This document shows, piece by piece, positions 25,200 to 36,172 of a stretch of DNA of 64,000 nucleotides. Under the pieces are notes generated by a model. The model was not told the DNA's origin. It ran no database searches and saw only the letters and a list, made by a program, of their open reading frames with translations. Source of the stretch: Bispira polyomma (Eukaryota); assembly GCA_965649765.1 (NCBI GenBank), contig OZ287756.1, forward strand, positions 64,046,001 to 64,110,000. Direction: 5' to 3'. The translations under genes and the position numbers were made by a program. Position 1 is the first letter of the stretch; every line of letters starts with the position of its first letter.

Positions 25200-26650
25200 C
25201 ATGAAATGTACAAAGTATTAATGATTAAATTAAAAAGAAATCTGTTATCAGATTTATAAAAGATACACATTTGGATGTAATATTACTTCATGAAACCTAC
25301 AATAAGGAAGAAGTTCTTTTGAGTTCAGATGGACAAATGAATGGGGTAATTATATCATTTATGCTCATGGTACAAATCATGGCAAAGGGGTAATGGTATT
25401 ATTAAAAAGAGTTATTGATGTTGAAATTTAGAGTTGTTATGAAGATAAAGATGGACGGTTCATTTTATGCGTTTTAACTTTAAATGACAAATTATATTGT
25501 TATCAACATACATGCCCCGGATAAGCAAAAGGATCAAGTTTAATTTTGAAGGATTTCAGTGTTTCCTCCCAGATACAAAATATAAATGTAGATAAAAAAA
25601 TTATACTGGGAGGTGATTGTAATGTCATGCAAATGTTTAGCTAAACAGGGTCCCTTGAATTCTTCAACAAAATTAAAGTACAATATGACATGCAAGATAT
25701 TTGGAGACTATTAAACCATGTTAGTAAAGGGTTTACATGGCGACAAAAATGGCCTATAATTCAATGTAAGTAAGACTTCTGGTTAAACTAAACCAATATT
25801 TAGGATATAGTTACAATGGTTGATATCACATATGGTGTTTTTCTGATCATTCGATTATAATAATTGAAACTTTAAGATATAGTAGAAAAAACAAGGTGGT
25901 AATGGATTTTGGAAGTTCAATTGTTCTTTGTTCTTTATTGGATGATTGGGACTTTATAAATCAGATTTCAAATGCTATAAATGTGTAGAGTAAGAAGTAC
26001 AAAAACATTGAAGATAATAGAATTTTGTGGGACATTATAAACTAAGAAATCAGGAAGTTTACTCTAAATCAAACCTCTAAAAAGAAACAAAAAATTACAA
26101 ACACTGAAACAGAACTAATAAGAAAATTAAATGAAATTGAACTCAAATTGGAGCAAAATCCATTGCCACACCTTGTTGTAAATTAGGCTAAAGTTTGTGG
26201 TACTGATTCGTAAAACTATGCATTTGAATATGGTAAACTTTCTGTGGCTGTGTCAAGCTATTATTACATTGACTGAAAAAAGACTAAGACTAAAAAAATA
26301 AAATTTTCGTCCAATCTCGTTATTAAATGTAGATAAAAAATTAGATTAAAGGCACCCTTTTACAACTGAAAAATGTTTTGCCATATATTATCAATGAAGA
26401 TTAAACATGGCTTGTTAGAAAGAGCAATATATTTGATAGTATCTAAATTATACAAAATTTGATGGACTACACAAAACAAAACAATTTAGAAGGAATTTTG
26501 CTTTATATTGATTTTGAAAAAACAATGGACAGCATTGTAGATTTTTGCATTAAGCTGTGAAAAATATTAAATTTTGGACCCAAATTGATACAATGGATGA
26601 AATGTTTTTAATAAATATAATAATATTTCTAGTTTTATAATTAAAATTGG
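25200..26650 (+). pseudogene. Degenerate L1/Tx1-type ORF2 relic (APE and RT)
   Basis: Manual translation gives DVILLHET, EWGNYIIYAHGTNHGKGV, GGDCN and NFRPISLLNVDKK, with many stops. Boundaries approximate. Confidence 0.7.
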
Positions 26651-27519
26651 AAAAACATTGATTCAGGAAGGTGCTAGAATTCCAGATATGCAAACAGTTA
26701 GGGCCAAACAGCTAACTAGTAGAAATTGATACCCTGGACTTGTAAAATTGTGTTAGAGACAATCTTTGACAAAATTTTACATTTAAGAAATAAAAGAAAC
26801 CTGACTGACCACCGAGAATTTCGAAGAGTTTTTCTGAGGTCCTCCAAACCCCATGGTGAACGTCTAGCAGAGTTAAATTTTGGTACACTTTTACACTAGC
26901 TCCTAAATGGAATATCGCACAAGAGCCAAAATATTAAATGTTAATGGTTGGACTTTGTCAAATAATAACCTGTGGAAGGCCATTAGAAAATATTTAAATA
27001 AAGACAGTGTATGTATTATTATGAGAGATAGACCCGCAAGGGCTAGCCAGATCAGTGCTGCCAGTAATTTGTTTAGTCCAGGGTCTTAACCCCTAAGTTA
27101 ATTGGTGAACTTTGCACTAATTGACCCCTGTCTTCCCGCCGTTTTTGTTGGGATATCACTTTTAGTATTGAAGTCCAAAGGGCGACACCGCCATTTTTAT
27201 TTTTTACTTTATTTTGTTTGTGATTTTAATTTTCGTTAAGTCTCTGGAACTATTCATGTTGTGCTATCTAACTATATTTGGGATTGATCACACAGACGTT
27301 CTGGACACTATAGATGAAGTCACGACTACAGTGGTGTTTTGTACTCATACTTTGAGTCTTGTGTATATGCTTGCTTGAAATCTGATAAAGGGACATATCC
27401 CCTCATTATACTAGCATATTAAGATCTAGTCTACTAATATATCTCTACATCTAAATTAATAGTCAATAGTATATACACAGGTATCAAAACGCGAGTGTTT
27501 TTATATTATTCAAAGAAAA

Positions 27520-28343
27520 ATGGCTCCGAGAAAAACATATGATTGCCTTAAATGTGGCACAAACCATCAGAAACCTATCGACAGTAACTGTAAATTAGCT
27601 ACACTGCTTGCTGACGACGAGGATGTGCCGAACTCTGCTTCAACTAGTGAAAATCAAAGTCCTGGTGATATTAATATCCAGATACTAAATGAACTACGTG
27701 CTCTAAGTGGTCGAATGACCAAAGTGGAACGCCAGGTAATTCACAGTCAGCATGGAGCCCCGACTTCTCCAAGTCGGGGGACATCTGTAATGACCAGTCC
27801 TGCACCCCGACCTGCTGCACTGCTGCCTGATCCGGAAGATGTCCTCGTACCCACCATAGACACACTTAGATCCTCACAGAGCCTACAGACTGCCGTGGAC
27901 ACACGTCTCAAGGAGTTAGCTATGATAAATGAGACAGGTACGTTCAAGTCCCAGAGGGGGGGTAGTGATACGGTCTGGGTGAGGAAACTGGTCCCTTGGC
28001 AACAGAACTTTATTCTAGGTGGACATAGTAAATCTAGTCTCTCGTATGACTCATTAACAATGCCCCAATGGGTCGCTGGTTTTTCAAACATCATTAGAGA
28101 AGAAAGTAATGTTGCAACCAAAAATTTAATGTATTTATCAGACCTCATGGAGGACGCTCATGACTTCTCCTGGAGTGTGGCCAAGGGAAGTCATGCAGTT
28201 CTATCCTGTAAAATGGAAGAGGGGAAGGTGTCATGGGACGAATCCCATAAACTTGACAGAATTAGGCGGACTCATGCCCAGAGGGTAACTAATTCCAGCC
28301 AAAACTCTAGTCAAACACAAGGCCGCTCCAGGAAAGTCATGAC
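27520..28343 (+). pseudogene. DIRS-type gag-like ORF1, C-terminus deleted
   Basis: N-terminal CxxCxxxHxxPxxxxC. KSQRGG, W.Q, YDSLTMPQWVAGF, SWSVAKGSHAV motifs are shared with the gag ORFs at 39140-40137 and 44079-44990. Confidence 0.8.
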
Positions 28344-29095
28344 ACGGAAAACTTTACTGTATCACTGCCCCAAGAAAAACTAGCAGAAACCATCTCCCTA
28401 GTTAAAGATTGGCAGAAAAAACCAAGTTGTACCAAACGGGAACTCCAATCACTTCTAGGTAAACTACTGTATGTTTCAAAGTGTGTCAGAGTATCACGTG
28501 TCTTCATAAACCGTATGTTAGACGTCCTTAGAGTAGCAGGTAATAGCAAAAAAATCACACTCACAACTGAATTTAGACAAGATATCAACTGGTTCAATAA
28601 ATTTCTGCCTGTGTTCAATGGAACTGCATTCTTCGAGCATGACCCAACCACTGACTGCATCCAATTGGATGCTTGTCTTGAAGGACTCGGGGGCAGGTGT
28701 AATGACCAAGTATATGAGTATTCCCTTCCCCTGGGCTACCTTGACTTTATTATTGTGCATTTAGAAATGCTCAACATATTATTAGCTGTACGGGCCTGGA
28801 AGTCCCTATGAGCAGGCAAAAGACTGGTAATTCAGTGTGATAATGCAGCAGTCGTAACAATCTTGGGTTCGGGTAGAACTAAAGACTTAACACTCGCAGC
28901 TATAGCCAGAAACATCTTTATGGAAATAGCTGCTGTTGACATCAGCTTAAGAACCATTCACATTCTAGGTAGAGATAATCATGTGGCAGATTTGCTGTCC
29001 AGATGGAAACTGACCCAGGATAGAAATAAAAAACTTACAAGCCTAGTCCCTAATCGACAATGGGTAAAAGTCAGTAATAGTATGCTTAAAATAGA

Positions 29096-30098
29096 TTGGT
29101 CTATCTAATTGTAGATGTGCCCTCTCACTTCAGACAGATAGCCACGCAAGCATCACACAGGGCTCACCAGGCCTTTAGACCCTCCACTGACAAAGCCTAT
29201 TCCAACATGTTTAGAATTTTCCTAGCTTATTGCTGTTTTGCACATATAAATACCAACCATATTTCCCCACTTGTATTATTATCATTTTTGGAAGTGCTAG
29301 TGGTTAACCACGCTTCTGCTTCCTCCATTTCAAACTACCTTTCTGCAATTAAAGCCAAGATGGTGTTATTCGGCCTAAACGTTTCTGCTTTCTCTGACCC
29401 CAGAATCAGGTATTACCAAAAATCACTCTTGCTTAATAGCCCCTTCAGGGCCAAAATAAAAAGAATTATTGATATACCCCTTCTTACCCAAATCATCGAA
29501 TCCTGTGACACAATGTACATGGGCCAGGTCTTCAAGGCATTGTATTTGACAGCATTCTTCTCTTTCCTCAGGATCTCTAAGCTGGTCCCCCATGCAGCTT
29601 CACATTTTTCTCCCCTAGTTCAATTGGCCAGAGGTGACGTCATTTTCGCACCTCCACCTCATAATAAAGTGGACTAAGACACTGCAGTCCAAAAATACTG
29701 CCAAGGTAATAAAAGTTCCTACCTTACTTTCCTCCCCCCTCTGCCCAGTTTCAGCAGTTAGGGCCTTGCTAGCCATTACACCAGACCATAAAGACTCCCC
29801 TCTTTTCCAGTTTAAGAAGAACAATACCTGGATACCATTGACTGATACTTGAGTTCGAGCCAACCTGTCGAGCATACTCCAGCGCTTGGGACTACAACAT
29901 TCTAATATTACCTTCCATACCTTCCTACGTTCTGGTGCCACCCTCGCTTTCAACAGTAATGTCCCTATTCAAGATATACAGAGTCATGGCACCTGGACGT
30001 CGGATTGCGTCTGGAAATATATAACCCAAGACCATAATGCTTCCCAGCAGGTGGTCTTGGCTTTCCAGACCCTCCTTTCACACTCCACTACCACCTAG
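29096..30098 (+). pseudogene. DIRS-type tyrosine recombinase, disrupted
   Basis: Same protein as 9241..10252. Has a frameshift, the shared stop after PLTDT, and HTFLRSGAT. Confidence 0.9.
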
Positions 30099-30899
30099 TT
30101 GGGCTTTGGGGTTCTTTATTTACATTTATTCCTTACTATATATTATACAACTGTTAAATGTCTAAATAATAAAGGTGTGGGGCCACCTTACCACTCTACT
30201 TTTAAACCTTGAACTTAATTCACAACTTGTTATCAAATCTTAAGGGTAACCAAAACAAAAAGTTAAGGTCACCTTAAATTCAAAATCTTACACACTTTAA
30301 GCTAGCCTCATTGTAAAGTTAAGGCTACCTTACTTTTTCGAAATTTTATGGTCACCTTAAGTTGTTCACAATTTAAGGTCACCTTATCTTTAACTTAATT
30401 TTTCGGTGCCTTAATTTAAGGTCACCTTATCTCATCCACTTAAACTCGTAATGCTAGGGTGGCCCCTTTACTCAGTATATGAATAAATGTTAGAGATTAA
30501 TATAGTCATTAAAACTAATATCCCCACTTTGCCTCTTTTATTGTGTTCCAAATCAACTCCCAACTTCACTGGTAGGGCACTGAAACTCATTGATCAAGTG
30601 ATCATGTAATTGAGGTAGAAAAGTATAAATGGTCCAGTGTTGTTTTTGATTTTTTAAATTTTGATTTTCCCCAATATGATTTTTATTTAACCTTTTTCAA
30701 CAAAGTTTAAAGACTCTGGGATGGCGAGGGTAGCAACCCTCAATCAGGGGTTAATAATACCATCACACACAGTATGATATATTGGAAAAATAAAAAAAGA
30801 TTCAAACATTCTTTTAAAAAATAACAAAAAATCCGAATAACATTTGCAAACTACTCATTTCCATCTGCATCAGAAAAAAAAACAACTACAATGTATTTT

Positions 30900-31935
30900 T
30901 TTTAATTAAAAGGTATGCACATGTGTAACGTGAGCACATTAATAATGAGTTGAATTTGGATATTTATAGCCTGCTTTAATGTGGTCACTGATAACACATA
31001 TATTTGGTTCCAATACAAAGTAATATACAGTTGCTTGGGAACTAAAAAATTATGACATAAAATGACGATTGAATCAAACGATAAGTGTTGGTTATGTTGT
31101 CTTTATAAAAAGTCTCTGATACACTTGTTTTAATATTGTCAACACTCCCAAAATATTATCACTCAGTCTTGTTGTAAATGTGTTACCGGTTCATCAAATC
31201 TTGAGATTGTTAATTATACAAGTATATAGGTGTATCTTTGCATGAAAATCTAGATTATGAAGTAACTCAAAATAACGCTCAGTAACTGGTGGGCGAGCAC
31301 AAGGTGGATTAATATCAATTTAAACAATATGAAAATATTGGATTAAATTTTTTTTCCAAATTATATGAAATTGACATCATACCTATAACAGACTACTGTA
31401 GTGGTATATGGGGGGTTTTCACACTCAAATTATGTTAATAAATTCAGAATAAAGGATGTCGTTATTTTCTGGGTGTGCATGCAAAAATCCCACTAAATGT
31501 ATCGGATGGGCATGTAGGATACCTAAAACCAAAATTCAGAATGTATTGGAATATCATTAAGTTTTAAAATAGGCTTACTAGAATGGACAATGAGAGACTA
31601 ACATATAAAATATTTGAACATGATCTTCAGAACATAACAAATAAAAGTTGGAGCGGAGACCTAAAAAACATTTTAGACCAGATAGTCTGGCAAGAAAAAC
31701 TTCTCATAGGAGAAGACATTGATTGAAATACCGCAGAAAAGAAGCTTTTTTGTTTAAATGATCTCGAATGGCAAGAATCTATATGTACCAAATCGAAATT
31801 AAGATTGTATGTTAAATTTGAAACTCATATTTATACAGAAGAATATGTATTACAGAATCTTTATGGAAATGAAAGGTCTCCCATTGTCCAATTAAGACCT
31901 GGAATACTGCCTCTAGCCATAGAAACTGGAAGCTG
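30900..31935 (+). pseudogene. Degenerate non-LTR retrotransposon 3' part (5' APE start probably at about 26900-27015)
   Basis: NRLTRMDNERLTYKIF and KLRLYVKFETHIYTEEYV...RSPIVQLRPGILPLAIETG are typical LINE C-terminal motifs. ILNVNGW at about 26930. Confidence 0.7.
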
Positions 31936-32559
31936 GTTTATATGCAGTCATAGACTGCTTCAACAAATCAGGTAAATTAAAACCTTTAAATTTTTGGCTT
32001 AATTGTTGTGTTACTATAAGAAATTATTTGATCTGGTCCAGATATAATCCATAGCATCCCAAAAGCGTAGATAAATACTATAGATTCTAAAAATCTTACA
32101 CATTCAGGTAATTTTACAAGTCCTACTTTATGTTGCGATTGTGAAACGTGCATCAATATACTCATTAATGCAGAAAAAGGTATACCAGGGGTATGTAAAC
32201 AGATGTAGGATAAATTGTAAAGCCCACCTATTTTAAGTAAATATAATTTTGAAGAAAATGACTGGCAAAAACAGAAAGCCTAGATATTGAACAAGATATT
32301 GAACATTTGTCGAGTATTGTTTTATTGTAAAAATATTTGGTTACATTTTGTTGATGATTACAATCATGTAATAAACTAAATATATAAATTGACTAAAAGA
32401 GAGATAATGATAGGTTTTGAAATTGAAAATCTAAATTATATTAGCTATAATAAAGAATTTAATTGTTTAATTCTGTTTGGAGTTTTGCTCGGGTAAGGGA
32501 TTGGACATGGAAAAGTGAAGAAGAGGTTTTCAATCTCCTAGGAGTACCTTAAGTTTCAA

Positions 32560-34277
32560 TGTGTGAACCCCCAACCCCGAGGTAGAACTGTCTACCAAGC
32601 TAAGAGATAGACTGGTCACGATGCAGGACACTAGTCTCAGATTTTCTCCATGCCAGCAAACTCAGTGTTGAGGGACCCAGGGGAAATTTGTCAACTGGTT
32701 GACATTAGAGGCCGAGAAATTGGCAGAAAAAAACATTTCAACCACTTTAGAAGGGGGAGATTCAACCTTGTGAAAGCTATCCTCCAGGACCAGGCCACCA
32801 CACCACAAGCAATGCCTCAGTCCCAGCAGGATCAGCAGTACCAGGCATAACCCCAGATGCAATATCAGATGGCTCCACTCACCCATGTATATCAACCGCA
32901 ACAGCCACAGTTCATGTACCAGCAACCCCAGCTAAGAGTGTCATGACCTATTCAGCCCACACCTGTCAGGCCACACACTGCACCATGTATTAAAACAAAC
33001 CCAGCATCAGTGGAATCAGACATACAGGATGCTTCGAAATGCTCATCTCTTATCAAAGGTTTTGAGAAAGTGCATGTTAATCTCAGCTACCAGAACAAAG
33101 ACACTCCTGAAAAGTTCTCACCTCTCAATCTAGATGAGTGTAGATTCAATCTCGGTCGTTTTGTCAGGGCACTTCCCCCTCAGTGGTAATATATTGCATG
33201 AGTAGCTCCCTTTGTTCTTCTGCTGCGCTGCTGGGTTTTCTACAGTTGGGTGGGTTGTTTTCTCCAACACATGCTGCTATCAATGGGACAGGTCATCTTC
33301 TGGACTACCTGGATTAGGCATGTTTATCACATTGTGCAGGGTCACACATGCTAAATCCATGGTGTCCACTGCTGATGGTTCCTGCTGCATCATTGAAAGA
33401 AGAATCTAATGTCTGCACTAAAATCCCAAATGCATTTTCGACCACCTTTTGGCCTCTGTTGATTTTATAATTGTATAACCTTTTGTTCATGTTCATCCCA
33501 CTTAGCAGTAGGGTTTCACCAACCATATCTTTAGGGCAGACATGTCAGGATGATACAGGGGACAGGGGCTCTGACGGAAATAATGGTTTCAGGGGGGTAG
33601 TTGATTGACTGGTCCTCTATTTTCTCCTTCAGTTCGGATTTGTTAAAAATCAGGGCATCTGAGCGTAAGCCGCTTGAACCAATGTTTCACCCAGAGGAAA
33701 GGTTATCGCTATCTACCTATGCAAGCATGATGATTGGGTGTTTGCCGTCTATGGTCCCCATGGCATAATAGTAACGTTCCACGTGTTCCAGATTCGACCT
33801 TTTTCCAGTCATCGGGCTGGTGGCACATGAGAGGAATTCTTTCTAGTACAAACTTAGTTACTATGAATGAGTACTGCAGCAATGTGGCTATCTTAAGTCC
33901 AGGGCCAGTATCTCCCTGTACTAAGTAGTATGTCTTTGTATCCTGTGCCCCACCATCCTCTTCTAAAGATGAATCGATCATAATGTTAACAACTTATCGA
34001 GGAGTTTGTACTACTTATTTTACAGCTTGTGGTGACACATTTTTTCTGTTTTTTTTTAAAACATCGTTGGGAAATGCCAAGGATTGCTCACAATCGCATA
34101 ATCAGGGCCTCTCCCCCACCCTTTATGATAGTGGAACAGCACCATTACCAAAGGACCCTGAGTTGCCAGAATATTACAGATAAGTCCAATGACCTCCCTG
34201 ATTATATCCCTGAGGTGGCCCTAATTGCACAATCATAATGGTCGGGGCTATGATCAGCACAGTGAAACAGGGGTATT
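32560..34277 (-). mobile_element. Harbinger DNA transposon relic (transposase on minus strand, second ORF remnant on plus strand)
   Basis: YNYKINRGQKVVENAFGIL and PDDWKKV...GxIDGKH-like remnants of a DDE_Tnp_4 transposase at about 33200-33900. The plus-strand part shares blocks with 60150-60330. Confidence 0.7.
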
Positions 34278-34683
34278 ATAAAGTTATGATGGGAATAAAC
34301 ATGTTTACGTTAACTTTACACTATTCTCCCCAATTGGTTCACCTTAAAGATGTTGGCCCTATTGTCGTTATGTGTTTGGATTAAGTTAATTTCGTTACCT
34401 AAATGGCAAGATTCATTAAACTGGTGAGAAATTATACAATTAAATTGTTCCCTTTATGTTCTCACACTCTCTGATAGTTCTTAAAACTTGATGGCCCAGT
34501 CCTATGGGAAAGAAGCCAATAAGTGAAAAGCAGTATATAAAACATATTTGGAGTTTATTTTAAAACATTGATTTGTTACCCTTTTTGTTACAACATTAAC
34601 ATGTTAGCATTACTATACACCACTGTCTGTTAACACAACTACTTTGACACATTACTTTTGTTAGGATTATTAACAGCTTTTGT

Positions 34684-34750
34684 TATAATAATAATAATGC
34701 ATTTTTAACACGCTTTATTGATGCCAGGCATCTTCTAAAGCGCAACAGAC
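34684..34750 (-). mobile_element. Very short L2-type LINE 3' tail insertion
   Basis: Matches 46869-46932. Reverse complement of the tail at 63920-63990. Confidence 0.7.
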
Positions 34751-34999
34751 ATGACATTAATATTAATCTACATGTTAAAACTCTACTACTGACACCTATA
34801 ATACAATATAGCTGGGAAGCGTTTAGCTCATGGAGCATTCTAGCTTACATCTTTTATAGTTACTAATCAGGCATGCCATTTACCTACAGTGTTAAGCTAT
34901 CGTTAACCATAGTTGAGGAATGTCTGGAGATACTAAAACTTAAGTATCAAAATTTTAAACAATTGTAAAGGGCCAAACCCCAAATAAGTTGTAGGAATT

Positions 35000-35945
35000 T
35001 TAAAACATTAATTTTTGAAAGGTAGTGGGTACTACACTCGAAGCTTTTGGAGTTGAATTTAGGTATGTCCACACTGCATCACTCTTCCAATTTCCATGGG
35101 TTTTAATATTTTGCAAATTAACATTGCTGTCAAAAGCAAGAGAAGCACCGCTTCTACGAAATGTATGAAATCCAAAAGCTTTGGGAGAAAGTCCAATCTT
35201 AGTAATAGCCAGTTTAAGAAAAGATCCAGCTTTAAAGGCTGTAAGAGGTACTATACCAGCTTTAGTTTTAATTAAAAATAGAGGAGACTCTTCATGAGCA
35301 GAAATTTTTTTACACATTTGTCGAATTGCTTTTACCGGGCATATCAATTTGTCGGATAATAAAGGCAATTGTACTACATGGTATTGACCTGATACGTGCA
35401 TATTTTTTGCACAAGTCATTACAATATGTATACCTGGATTAACCCATATGAGATCAGTCCTAGTGGGAAATCGTGTCCTATCAAATTCCTTTACTGAATT
35501 TGGTACTAAGGAAGCAAGCCTAAAAAAGCCAAAATAAGCACTTAGAAAGAGAGCTACATATGTTTCTGCATTTAATAAACCTTGTATTGCTTTAATCAAT
35601 TTTTTCAGTTGGTTTACGGTTAGGACACCCTTTACCTTAGGTCTGATTGGGGCATTGATCTTAACTGATTTTATTAACATTTGCACTTTTCTAGAAGTAA
35701 GACCATTTTTAGGCCAATCAAAAAGCCCAAAGTAATGGGAGAGTCGACATGTGGTTGCTGATAGACGCAGCTCTGAGTCCTTGTTGAATGAGGTACTCTA
35801 CATAGCAGACGAGAGTCCGTGGGCAGTGGGGAACTGTCAGCTGTAAGAAGGTCATGAAGGCCAGGAATAAGTTAAACGTCGAGTCATAGGATTTCCTGGT
35901 ACGAGGTCTCAAGGCCGTAGGTATGCTCTCCATAGCTTGGTGTTT
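35000..35945 (-). pseudogene. DIRS-type tyrosine recombinase
   Basis: LRPRTRKSY, YFGFFRLASL, FHTFRRSGAS, HGNWKSDAVWTY. Frameshift near 35720. Confidence 0.9.
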
Positions 35946-36172
35946 CAATCTCTCAGCCATTGATTTGCCTAGAAACATATTACAAAGCAACGCAGTACTA
36001 TGCTCTAGCATGTCATATGACATGTATTTTGGGCTTTAATGAGACTATAAATCTTCCACATTCTTATTCTGGTCTATGTTACAGGAATCTTTGTAATTTA
36101 TAAATTTATATACATATACTTATGCTGTGATCTTTGAGCAATTATTACATAATTTATTTCATTATAATAACA

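Larger units (their letters stand above)
27020..30760 (+). mobile_element. Tyrosine-recombinase retrotransposon family 1, copy B (source copy, RT deleted)
   Basis: gag from 27520, then a deletion of about 2.0 kb at 28341-28344 (4-bp microhomology relative to copy A), RNase H 28345-29108, YR 29096-30098. Inserted into an older LINE. Ends approximate. Confidence 0.88.
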
